A stretch of DNA of 63,509 bases from Acidimicrobiia bacterium (GCA_043775075.1 JAYVSS010000059.1:1-63509); one strand, 5' to 3'. Numbered from the stretch's first letter, positions 19,452 through 27,922 are shown. A program made the numbers and translations. Notes: generated by a model not told the origin, from the letters alone.

Positions 19452-19688
19452 CTACCGCGCCTCGTCGGACCCCACCTTGGCGTCGGGGTACAGGTGATCG
19501 AGCGTGCCAGGAGCGATACGCGAAGCAGAGATGAAGGCGTCGACCTCGTGCTCGCGCAGTCGGATTACCCGCCCGAATTTGTACGCCGCGACGGAGCCCT
19601 CATCGATGAATTTGTACAGGGTTCTCAGGGAGACCCCGAGGCGTTCGGCGGCCTGATTGGTGCTCAGCCAACGTTGTTCAGAAGCCAT
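19452..19688 (-). CDS. excisionase-type helix-turn-helix DNA-binding protein
   Basis: WLSTNQAAERLGVSLRTLYKFIDEGSVAAYKFGRVIRLREHEVDAFI. It is divergent from the tad operon. Confidence 0.8.
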   Translation of the reverse strand: MASEQRWLSTNQAAERLGVSLRTLYKFIDEGSVAAYKFGRVIRLREHEVDAFISASRIAPGTLDHLYPDAKVGSDEAR

Positions 19689-19697
19689 GAAATACAT

Positions 19698-19780
19698 CGT
19701 ACATACTAGCCAAGAATCACTTCTGTGTAATTTGATGTCTTCTCTTGCTATTTGGTTACTCGGAGAGTAGACCGCCTGTC
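19698..19780. promoter_or_regulatory. AT-rich divergent intergenic region (candidate promoters/operators for the HTH gene and the tad operon)
   Basis: I counted 21 G+C in the 60 nt 19701-19760. A TAATTT (TANNNT-like) hexamer lies at about 19728 on the plus strand. Confidence 0.35.
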
Positions 19781-20572
19781 ATGGTTGATGCAATTTCCTC
19801 GGTTCTGGACGACAGAGACCATCAAACCCGTCTGTCGAAGAACCGGCTCGGGCGGGTTCGAAACGTGGCGGGGCTCCCCCGCGCTCTCCCGAATACGCGA
19901 GCCGTTGTTGGCTCACTTCTCTGCGTCGCCTCAGCGCTTCTTGCCTGGTTCGCCGCCAGCGGTCGGGCCGACACTCCTCCACGCATGGTCGTTGTCGCCG
20001 CCCGTGACATCCCGAGCGGCGTCGTACTTACCGCAGACGACGTCAACGTTCACGCCCTCATCGTGCCCCGAGACTTCGGCGCTCGAGCCTTTTCCGTCGC
20101 CGATGATCTCGTCGGCGCAGTCGCCCTCGGGCCGATGAGCGTGGGTGATCCCGTGCTCCGAAGTGCGGTGATCGTCGGTCCGGCAGCCAATCCTGCCCGC
20201 CAACTTTCTCTGACCCTGCCGGTCGCCGCGGCGGTGGGAGGAACCTTGCGAAGCGGCGACACGGTCGACGTCCTCGCCACCTACGGCGACAGTGGCGACG
20301 TGTCCGCCAAGACGGTGACGCTTGCCCGTCAAGTCCTCATATCTCGTGTGTCGGGAGCCGACCCCAACGTTGTCACTCCGACCGGAGACCGCCTGATTAC
20401 CTTCGCCGTCGACCCGCTCCTCGATGTCGAACAGTTCGTCAACGCTTCCGTGGTGGCCAAGATTCACCTCGTCCGGACGACGGGCACCGCGGCGCCTAAC
20501 TCGCCCTCTCTGGCGGCCCGTGGGACGGGATCTCCTACATCGACGACGATCAAGTCGAGGACAAACAGGTGA
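19781..20572 (+). CDS. cpaB: SAF-domain Flp pilus assembly protein CpaB-like
   Basis: TM anchor VVGSLLCVASALLAWFAA, then VVVAARDIPSGVVLTADDV... ATG 19781 lies 13 nt after GGAGAG. Confidence 0.75.
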   Translation: MVDAISSVLDDRDHQTRLSKNRLGRVRNVAGLPRALPNTRAVVGSLLCVASALLAWFAASGRADTPPRMVVVAARDIPSGVVLTADDVNVHALIVPRDFGARAFSVADDLVGAVALGPMSVGDPVLRSAVIVGPAANPARQLSLTLPVAAAVGGTLRSGDTVDVLATYGDSGDVSAKTVTLARQVLISRVSGADPNVVTPTGDRLITFAVDPLLDVEQFVNASVVAKIHLVRTTGTAAPNSPSLAARGTGSPTSTTIKSRTNR

Positions 20573-21861
20573 GCGATCGATTCGTCCTTGTTGCGCTCGC
20601 TCGAGGCCGGGCCACATGGCTCGACCGATTCGTTCACATCGCCCATAGCGGCGCGATTCCGGTCGAAGTCCGAAAGGCCGTGGGCGTGGTCGACCTACTT
20701 GCCCAGTTGGCCAGTGGGCACCCGGCATCGGCCGTGCTCCTCGATGCCGGCGCGCCAGGCACCGATCGAGACATCATCTCCCGGATCCATTCGTCGGGCG
20801 CCGCCGTATTCGTCGTGACCGATCCTTACGTGATCCATGACTGGACTGCGCTCGGAGCCGACGCCGTTCTTACGCCGGAATTTACCGCCCACGAACTCCT
20901 CGACGCGCTCAACCACTCTGCTCGTTCGATTGCCCGCTCGGCCTTTCCCGACGACGCTCCGACGATCCCGGGGCAACACGACATCGCCCCGTGGGACGGT
21001 GCCTTTGTCGGCGTTGTAGGCACCGGAGGGACCGGCACGTCAACGGTCGCCATCGCTGCTGCCCAAGGAATGGGGAAGGCGGGCGGCCGGACCGGGCAGG
21101 TAGCGCTGGTCGACCTTTGCCTCAACGGCGAGCAGTCGATGCTTCACGATGCTGATCCATCTTCGCCCGGGCTGCTCGAACTGATCGATTACTGCCGTTT
21201 GGGATTCCCGGAGCCGGAGGCCGTCCGGGAGCATCTCACGGTTATTCATAAGCGCGGCTACGACCTTCTCCCTGGCCTGCGAAGGCGGAGACTGTGGACG
21301 CAACTTCGGCCAGCCTCAACCTCCAGCGCGCTGTCCGCTCTCCGGCGCGCCTACGACGTTGTGGTCGCCGACCTCGACTCCGATCTGGAAGGCGAAGTGC
21401 AGTCGGGATCGATGGATGTCGAGGAGCGCAACCAGCTCACTCGACTGGCGGTCATGCAGACAGATGTGACCCTCGTTGTTGGCCATGCGTCGATGAAGGG
21501 GATCCACAGCCTCACCCGACTCCTTCGAGATCTCGTCGATCTCGGCGTGGCTCCGTCGTCTTTGCAGGCCGTGTTCAACCACGCCCCGGCCAGTCCTCGA
21601 AGTCGATCGGGATACACCGCCGCCCTCGGCGAGCTGACCGACGGAGTGGGACTTCGTTCCACGCCAATCTTCCTACCGACCAAAGACATCGACGATCGAC
21701 TGCGAGCGCTGGTTCCGTTCCCTTCGTCAATTGTCGAGCCCATCGCGGGCGCGCTGATGGCCCGGTTTACGCTCCCCACAATGGCATCGGCGAGGGTGTC
21801 GCCAACGACGCCCCGCTCCATTCGGCCCGGTTTTCTGGGCCGCGACGCCCAGGCCTCATGA
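20569..21861 (+). CDS. CpaE/Ssd-like ParA-fold protein of actinobacterial Tad loci (degenerate P-loop)
   Basis: The P-loop region VGVVGTGGTGTSTVAIAAA has no Lys. GTGA overlap with cpaB. Resembles the 'helicase/secretion neighbourhood CpaE-like' family. Confidence 0.75.
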   Translation: MSDRFVLVALARGRATWLDRFVHIAHSGAIPVEVRKAVGVVDLLAQLASGHPASAVLLDAGAPGTDRDIISRIHSSGAAVFVVTDPYVIHDWTALGADAVLTPEFTAHELLDALNHSARSIARSAFPDDAPTIPGQHDIAPWDGAFVGVVGTGGTGTSTVAIAAAQGMGKAGGRTGQVALVDLCLNGEQSMLHDADPSSPGLLELIDYCRLGFPEPEAVREHLTVIHKRGYDLLPGLRRRRLWTQLRPASTSSALSALRRAYDVVVADLDSDLEGEVQSGSMDVEERNQLTRLAVMQTDVTLVVGHASMKGIHSLTRLLRDLVDLGVAPSSLQAVFNHAPASPRSRSGYTAALGELTDGVGLRSTPIFLPTKDIDDRLRALVPFPSSIVEPIAGALMARFTLPTMASARVSPTTPRSIRPGFLGRDAQAS

Positions 21862-23258
21862 ACCCTGACACGTCCAACTCCACGGCCGTCGATCGTGGCC
21901 GAGGATCTGTCCGAAGCACCTACCCGGCGACGCCGGAGCAGATATTTTCGGCGTCGCCTTTGGCCGCCATCGAGGATCGGGTTCGAGCACGTTCCGGGGA
22001 GGAACGTCTCGATCCGATTATGTCGGGAAGCGTCGAAAGGCTCCGCGTCATCATCGACGACGAGATCGCGCTTTGGCGGGTCCGATATCAGCAGGGACTC
22101 GTCGGATTCGACATCTCCGACGGCGAGACACTGGCGCAACGGGCGCTACGCAACCTGGTTGGTTACGGTCCCCTCGAAGAGCTCCTGAGTGACGACGCCG
22201 TGTTCGAAATCATGGTCAACGGTCCGTCGGCGATCTTCGTCAAACGACACGACGGGACGAGCGGATACCACCACGACGTGTTCCACGATGACGACCACGT
22301 CGCCCGCACCGTCACGAAGATCCTCGACGACAACGCCGCCGGATCACACCGAAAACTCGATCCGGCCGAGGGTCTCCAGGATGCCCAGCTCCTGAACGGC
22401 GCTCGACTCCATCTCGTCCACAGCGACATCGCCGGCGATGGTCACCTACTGCTCAATATCCGTAAGCATCGCGGCTTGGCGATACGGAGCCTCTCCGAAC
22501 TCACCCGAAGGGGCATGCTCGACAACCACGCCGCCGACGTGCTGCGCGCGTGTATTCGGGCCAAGAGCACGGTCATCGTGTCGGGCGCCCCGGGCTCTGG
22601 CAAAACCACGCTCCTGTCGTGCTGTTTGGCTGAACTCGATCCGTCCCTTCGAATCGTCACCGCCGAAGAGGTCTTCGAACTCGACATACCGCTTCCCAAT
22701 GTGGCGGCGATGCAGACCCGTCCACCTCGAATCGATCGTCCAGAGGTCGACCTTAGGCGCCTCGTTGCCGGCTTCTTACGAATGGCGCCAGACATTGCCG
22801 TGGTCGGCGAGGTTCGAGACAAAGAAGCTCTCGCCTTTCTGCTCACGCTGTCCTCCGGAGTGAAGGGATACACCACTCTGCACGCCGGATCAGCTCGCCA
22901 GGCCCTGACACGCCTCCGGTTTGTGTCCCAGCTCGCCGACGTTGGAAGTGAGATTCCGTTGACTGCGCTCCAGGGTTTAATCAGCGAGGCGGTTGATGTC
23001 GTCGTCCACTGCGAGCGGACCGCGTCGGGTCCGCGGATCATGGAAATGATCGCCGTTGAGGACCATCAAGGCGGAATAGATAGTGCGTCGTTCACGACCA
23101 CTGAGCTGCTCCGCCGGGCCCATCCGGACGCCGAGCTGCGCTGGGGTGGCCAGGTGCCGATTCGGCTGGCCCGTCATATGGAGAGCCGCGGAACCGATCT
23201 CGTTCCGCTGCTCCGGCGCTGCGAAAGCAACAGCAGCAACAACGGAGGAGCCCGGTGA
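21858..23258 (+). CDS. tadA: CpaF/TadA-family secretion ATPase
   Basis: ...GYGPLEELLSDDAVFEIMVNG...VSGAPGSGKTTLL... ATGA overlap with the previous gene. The track ORF is 5'-extended in this frame. Confidence 0.92.
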   Translation: MNPDTSNSTAVDRGRGSVRSTYPATPEQIFSASPLAAIEDRVRARSGEERLDPIMSGSVERLRVIIDDEIALWRVRYQQGLVGFDISDGETLAQRALRNLVGYGPLEELLSDDAVFEIMVNGPSAIFVKRHDGTSGYHHDVFHDDDHVARTVTKILDDNAAGSHRKLDPAEGLQDAQLLNGARLHLVHSDIAGDGHLLLNIRKHRGLAIRSLSELTRRGMLDNHAADVLRACIRAKSTVIVSGAPGSGKTTLLSCCLAELDPSLRIVTAEEVFELDIPLPNVAAMQTRPPRIDRPEVDLRRLVAGFLRMAPDIAVVGEVRDKEALAFLLTLSSGVKGYTTLHAGSARQALTRLRFVSQLADVGSEIPLTALQGLISEAVDVVVHCERTASGPRIMEMIAVEDHQGGIDSASFTTTELLRRAHPDAELRWGGQVPIRLARHMESRGTDLVPLLRRCESNSSNNGGAR

Positions 23259-24145
23259 GCGGAGATGCGCTTGCCCTCATCGCCGCCTTCGTCGCCGCTG
23301 CGGGGATGTTTGTACTCGTGCATCAACCTGATCGTCGGGTCAGCGAACGGCGACGCAAACCACATGATCGCGCCAACGACTGGATCCGTCAAGCGGGCGT
23401 CGAAGGCGTGAGCGTCGTGGAATTCAGCGCTGTTGAGATCAGCGTCTTCGTCGTCGTGACGACCATCTTTTGGGCGACCTTTGGTGCATTGTTACCGGCC
23501 ATGCTGACCGGATTCGGAGCGATGGCGGCGCCCCTGGCGACCTATCGGAAGCGTCGGGCCAGCCTCGTTGAAGACGCCCGTGACGGCTGGCCGGCGATGC
23601 TTGAAGAACTTCGGCTTCAGGTCGGGGCGCTTGGTCGGTCAGTTCCGGCCGCGCTCCTTGATGTTGGCCTGCGATCGTCGAATGAACCGATGCGCTCGGC
23701 GTTCGTGGCGGCCAACCGTGAATGGTTGCTGTCTACGGATTTCCCGCGAGTCATCCGGCTCCTTAAGGATCGGCTCGCCAGCTCGACTGCCGACACCGTC
23801 TTGGAGACCCTGCTCGTCGCCAACGAAATCGGAGGCACCGATATCGATCGGCGCCTGGCGCGCCTCGCCGCCGACCGCCAGGTCGATCTGCGTCATCGCC
23901 ACGAAGCCCTCAGTCGACAATCAGGTGTTCGATTTGCTCGATGGTTTGTTCTTATTGTGCCGTTTTCGATGGCTCTTATCGGACTTGGCATCGGAGACGG
24001 TCGAACGGCTTACGCCACTACCTCTGGCCAGATCGTGGGGGGCCTTGCGGTCGGCTTAGTGGGAGGGTGCTGGTGGTGGTCTGGGGCCATTCTCCGTCTG
24101 CCCGCAGATCGACGAATCAACACGGCGAAGGTCACGGACCGATGA
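23255..24145 (+). CDS. tadB: type II secretion system F-family protein (TadB-like)
   Basis: Polytopic membrane protein. GTGA overlap, with GGAGGAG 5 nt upstream of the start. Confidence 0.8.
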   Translation: MSGDALALIAAFVAAAGMFVLVHQPDRRVSERRRKPHDRANDWIRQAGVEGVSVVEFSAVEISVFVVVTTIFWATFGALLPAMLTGFGAMAAPLATYRKRRASLVEDARDGWPAMLEELRLQVGALGRSVPAALLDVGLRSSNEPMRSAFVAANREWLLSTDFPRVIRLLKDRLASSTADTVLETLLVANEIGGTDIDRRLARLAADRQVDLRHRHEALSRQSGVRFARWFVLIVPFSMALIGLGIGDGRTAYATTSGQIVGGLAVGLVGGCWWWSGAILRLPADRRINTAKVTDR

Positions 24146-25041
24146 TTCGCCTCTTCGCGCTCGCGGCGCTGTTCGGAACGATTGGACTCTCCCTGTTGCT
24201 TTCTCGTGCCCCCTGGTTCCGTCAGCCAACGCTGGCCACACGGCTGCGCCCCCACACTCCTGGACTTTCGGAACGGCGCCCGAAAGTCCTCGGAGCCCGC
24301 AGTTTTCGCGATGCCCTGAGCCCGGCGGCAGAACAAATCGGTGGCGCCCTGGCCCGCGCTGTAGGCGTGAACGAGGACCTCGCCCTCCGCTTGCAACGGC
24401 TGCACAGCGAGCAGACTCCGGCACACTTTCGTCTGGAGCAGGCGCGCCATGCCCTCATGGCTTTGCTGGCCGCCAGCGTCGGGGTGACCATCGCCGGAAT
24501 CCCCGTGCTCGTCACCGGGCTGGCACTGTTCTGCCTTCCGGCCCTGACCGTACTTATCGATGAGCAGCGTCTATCCGTCCGATCGGCCAGATGGAAGCGA
24601 GATCTTGCGACGGAATTGCCCCTTGTCGAGGAGCAGCTGGCCATGCTCCTCGATGCTGGCTGGAGCCTCGGTGGAGCGATCCAACACGTCTGTGAGCGAT
24701 CGGACGGTCCGGCGGCCCGAGATCTTGCTCGCATGCTTATCGGCGTTCGCCGGGGCAATTCCTATCGCGACACACTCCGGCAATGGGAATCGATCGCCAG
24801 CATTCCCGGCGTGAACCGACTTTCGGCCATCCTGCAACTCGCCGACCAAGGAGCCGACCTCGGCCGTCTGGTCGCCGACGAAGCCCAGCTCGGCCGCGAC
24901 GAGCGCCATCGCGAACTCCTCGCAGCAGTCGAACGCAAAGGCCAACAGGTGTGGATTCCCGTCACCGTAGCGGCGCTGGTTCCGGGTTGCATGCTGCTCG
25001 CCGTTCCATTCGTACGTGCACTTAGTTTTTTCTCCAATTGA
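24142..25041 (+). CDS. tadC: type II secretion system F-family protein (TadC-like)
   Basis: MIRLFALAALFGTIGLSLLL... ATGA overlap with tadB. Confidence 0.8.
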   Translation: MIRLFALAALFGTIGLSLLLSRAPWFRQPTLATRLRPHTPGLSERRPKVLGARSFRDALSPAAEQIGGALARAVGVNEDLALRLQRLHSEQTPAHFRLEQARHALMALLAASVGVTIAGIPVLVTGLALFCLPALTVLIDEQRLSVRSARWKRDLATELPLVEEQLAMLLDAGWSLGGAIQHVCERSDGPAARDLARMLIGVRRGNSYRDTLRQWESIASIPGVNRLSAILQLADQGADLGRLVADEAQLGRDERHRELLAAVERKGQQVWIPVTVAALVPGCMLLAVPFVRALSFFSN

Positions 25042-25095
25042 GCACAACTCACTTCCCGACCGCAGCTTCCACCACCAACACCAAATAGGAGTCCC

Positions 25096-25149
25096 ATGAA
25101 CACCATGAACACCATGAACGCGATGAACACCATGAACGCCGAGAACACG
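25096..25149. repeat. 9-bp in-frame tandem repeat (ATGAACACC)n, 5 copies plus 1 degenerate
   Basis: atgaacacc atgaacacc atgaacgcg atgaacacc atgaacgcc gagaacacg. Confidence 0.9.
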
Positions 25150-25371
25150 CTGCTTGGCCTCAGCATCCGCATTGAACTTGCTGGGCGGCGCGTTGCGTCC
25201 CGGGCTGCAACCGCTCGCAAAGCTGCCGATGAGCGGGGCGAGGGCGTTATCTCACTGGCAATCGCCGTGCTCATCATGGCCGTGATCGGGGCGGCGATGT
25301 ATCTCGTATTTTCCAAGTTGGCGACCGACGCGGGGACAAAGACAACCGAGAAAATCGCCACGATCAATTGA
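25096..25371 (+). CDS. Flp/DUF4244-like pilin candidate with repeat-containing leader
   Basis: AGGAG lies 4 nt upstream of the start. The product reads MNTMNTMNAMNTMNAEN...AADERGEG-VISLAIAVLIMAVIGAAMYLVF and is 91 aa. Confidence 0.65.
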   Translation: MNTMNTMNAMNTMNAENTLLGLSIRIELAGRRVASRAATARKAADERGEGVISLAIAVLIMAVIGAAMYLVFSKLATDAGTKTTEKIATIN

Positions 25372-25805
25372 CCCGTCGCCGCCCGACAACTCCCAGACCG
25401 ACGCCCGGATCAACGCCCGGATCTGGAAGTCGGCTCGAAACTGGAGCCGGTCTGGTGACATCCGTTCTCGGCGCGTTCATGGTGCTCGCCACCGTGTTCG
25501 CGTGCGTCGAGATTCTCGTAACGATGCAGCGACGTACCGTCGTGACCGCCGTTGCTGATGACTTGGCGCGTCGCCTGGCCCGAGACTCATCGCTCGACCC
25601 CTCTTCCGAGGCGACGGCTTCGTCGCAAGGACTCGGTCGGGGAGTTACGATCACGGCGCATTCGAGTGGCGATGACGTCGTTGTGGCCGTCACCGCCAAG
25701 GGACCGCGTCTGCTCCGATTTGGACCTTTCGCCCGTTTCGGAAGAATCGAACGGACGGCTCGCGCCCACCGAGAACGATTCCGTACGCCAGCGGTCGCGA
25801 CATGA
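25368..25805 (+). CDS. TadE-like pseudopilin
   Basis: ...ETGAGLVTSVLGAFMVLATVFACVEILV... TTGA overlap with the pilin gene stop. Confidence 0.65.
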   Translation: MTRRRPTTPRPTPGSTPGSGSRLETGAGLVTSVLGAFMVLATVFACVEILVTMQRRTVVTAVADDLARRLARDSSLDPSSEATASSQGLGRGVTITAHSSGDDVVVAVTAKGPRLLRFGPFARFGRIERTARAHRERFRTPAVAT

Positions 25806-26278
25806 GCAGACGACCACGACCGAGGCGCCGCGCCGCCCACTCGGCCTGCGACTCGCGAGAGGACGCGCAAGCAGGTGCCGAAGTGGTGTTGGGCGGGATT
25901 GTTCTTCTTGTTGGCCTCGCCCTCGCGCTGGCCAATGTATGGATCGTCCTCGACGCCAAAACCGCCGTAAGCACGACTGCTCGGGCGGGCGCGCAGTCCT
26001 TCATCGAGCAGAATTCGCTAGAGGCGGCCGAAGCGGCCCTCCAGGCGGAGGCCGAGCAGGCGCTCGAGCGACGCTTTCCGATGCGCTGGGTCGCTACCCC
26101 ATCACTCACCGCTTTCGTTCGCTGTGCGCCGGTCGACGTCACGGTCAGTGTCCGAATTCCAGTCGTCGCTATCCCTTTTCTCGGGGCGATCGGTGGAACC
26201 AAACAGGTGTCGTCAACCCATCACACTCGAGTCGACCCCTACCGCAGCCGGGTCCCCGGCGAGGCCGAGTGTGAGTAG
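25802..26278 (+). CDS. TadE/TadG-like pseudopilin
   Basis: ...AQAGAEVVLGGIVLLVGLALALANVWIV... ATGA overlap. Confidence 0.65.
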   Translation: MSRRPRPRRRAAHSACDSREDAQAGAEVVLGGIVLLVGLALALANVWIVLDAKTAVSTTARAGAQSFIEQNSLEAAEAALQAEAEQALERRFPMRWVATPSLTAFVRCAPVDVTVSVRIPVVAIPFLGAIGGTKQVSSTHHTRVDPYRSRVPGEAECE

Positions 26279-26711
26279 CACCGGGCGCCAGAAGCGGGCT
26301 GAACGAGGTTCGGCAATGTTGCTCATTCCGGCTGCCGTATTGATCGTTGTCCTCTTCGCCGCGGTCACCCTTGACTCAGCCGAGGCATTCCTCGTCCAAC
26401 GAGAGTTGGCCGCTGCCGCCGACGCCATGGCGAACGACGCCATCGCCGGAATTGACCCGGATCTCGTCTTCACCGGTGCCGGAGCTCAGATCGACGATGA
26501 ACGCCTGGTGCGCCTGGTGACAAAGAGTTTGAGCGAACGGGCGGCGGATCTAGCCGAGCCCGACGTGCCGGTGATCAGACGACTGGCGGGCGACGGCGTC
26601 GAAATCCAGCTTGGAGCCGCGGTTCACCCGTTCTTCGGTCGACTCCTTCACCCCGGTGGCTGGAAAGTCCGAGCGACGGCACGGGCGTTCCCCCGCCAGG
26701 CCGCTCCATAA
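26271..26711 (+). CDS. TadE-like protein (Rv3654c-type)
   Basis: ...AERGSAMLLIPAAVLIVVLFAAVTLDS... GTG 26271 overlaps the previous stop by 8 nt. Confidence 0.65.
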   Translation: MSSTGRQKRAERGSAMLLIPAAVLIVVLFAAVTLDSAEAFLVQRELAAAADAMANDAIAGIDPDLVFTGAGAQIDDERLVRLVTKSLSERAADLAEPDVPVIRRLAGDGVEIQLGAAVHPFFGRLLHPGGWKVRATARAFPRQAAP

Positions 26712-26731
26712 CGCTCGCGCGGGCCGGCGCG

Positions 26732-27850
26732 TTGGCGCCGACGCGCCTTCGCTCCGGCCGTTCAGCGCTCCGGTTTCGCGTCAATACGCCAACCGCGAGG
26801 CATGCTCGGGCAATCACCGGCGTGGCCTTTCGCTCGGATCATTTACCGGGCAACATCGGACGCATGCCGAATTCACCTGTGTGCCCTGCGAATCTCCATT
26901 CCGTCGCCGCCTCTCCGTCGGTCGACGCCGCGGGCCGAGAGCTCTTGTCCCTCCTTGGCGCCTCAGTCGGGGTGTTGGCAACGTCGATCGTCGTTGATCG
27001 TCGGGCGCTTCGGCTGTCACACGCCGGCCCGCGGCAATCGCGAATTACGCAGATCTTTGCCGACGGTCCCGTGACCGCAATGCTTCGATTGCTCCGCTCG
27101 GTCCTGTTCCTGGGGTCGTGTGCACTGTTGATTTGGCTCCTAGGGCTTATCGCCGTGGTTGTTGTTGGAAGCCGGGCGAATCAGCGAGTGGCTCGGCTTC
27201 CGTTCGGGCAGATCGTTGTCCGTGTTTTCGCCGCTTCGCTCGTCGTTGCCGTCACCGGTCCCCTGGTTGGAACGGGCGGAGCGGCCGGAGCCGCTGGAGC
27301 GGCGACCGGCGTTGAACGCACGGCGGCGAACTACACGGACTCCGGCGGCGGGCAACGTTGGCCGAACCTTGCGCCACCTCACACGGGAACGATCGCCACG
27401 GCGATCCCGGGAAATACACCCGCACCAGTAGCGACGACGATCCCCCCAACGGTCGAAACGACTACGGCGGTCCGTCGCACACCGACGACCAAGCTGAGCG
27501 CCACGACCACCACCGCACGGGGAATCACCGGTTTGGCCGGCCCGATACTGGTGTTTGCTCTCGCTCCCCCCGCTGCTGTCCCGGGCGCTGTGCGGCCGGA
27601 GTCGGGCGTCTCAGAAACGCCTGTGGCCCATCACGCCGTGCGGCGGGGCGAGTGTTTCTGGTCGATCGCAGAAACGTTGGTGCTCACGAGGATCGATGAG
27701 GCAACGGAGGCGGACATCGCTCACTACTGGCGACAACTGATCGAAGCCAACCGATCCAAGCTGCCCGATTCTTCCAACCCCGACCTGTTGTGGGCCGGCA
27801 CGGTTCTCGATCTCCCGGCATTGCCAGCGGGACAGCCGCCAGCAAGCTGA
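26732..27850 (+). CDS. membrane protein with Thr/Pro-rich linker and C-terminal LysM domain
   Basis: TM segments LLRSVLFLGSCALLIWLLGLIAVVVVG and VFAASLVVAVTGPLVG. The C-terminus reads HAVRRGECFWSIAETL...YWRQLIEANRSKL...NPDLLWAGTVLDLP. The start is uncertain (TTG 26732 or ATG 26864). Confidence 0.7.
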   Translation: MAPTRLRSGRSALRFRVNTPTARHARAITGVAFRSDHLPGNIGRMPNSPVCPANLHSVAASPSVDAAGRELLSLLGASVGVLATSIVVDRRALRLSHAGPRQSRITQIFADGPVTAMLRLLRSVLFLGSCALLIWLLGLIAVVVVGSRANQRVARLPFGQIVVRVFAASLVVAVTGPLVGTGGAAGAAGAATGVERTAANYTDSGGGQRWPNLAPPHTGTIATAIPGNTPAPVATTIPPTVETTTAVRRTPTTKLSATTTTARGITGLAGPILVFALAPPAAVPGAVRPESGVSETPVAHHAVRRGECFWSIAETLVLTRIDEATEADIAHYWRQLIEANRSKLPDSSNPDLLWAGTVLDLPALPAGQPPAS

Positions 27851-27898
27851 CTAGGACTTTTGCTCGACCGTGTTACTCCGAGCGGTGAACTTCGTTGA

Positions 27899-27922
27899 AG
27901 CCGCAATTCTCAACTTGCGGCT
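27899..27922 (+). terminator. 8-bp hairpin 48 nt after the LysM gene stop (possible operon terminator, no U-tract)
   Basis: agccgcaa-ttctcaac-ttgcggct. Confidence 0.3.

Noticed and set aside
19931-20728. 265-aa minus-strand ORF across cpaB and the CpaE-like gene
   Set aside because: Antisense shadow. It is extremely Arg/Gly-rich and spans a gene junction on the opposite strand.
21294-21857. 5' extension of the tadA ORF (track 21294..23258)
   Set aside because: It overlaps the CpaE-like gene in another frame and is Arg/Pro-rich. ATG 21858 gives the ATGA coupling typical of the rest of the operon. The same logic was applied to track extensions at 23941-24141, 26124-26270, 47491-47598, 48324-48398 and 42973-43182.
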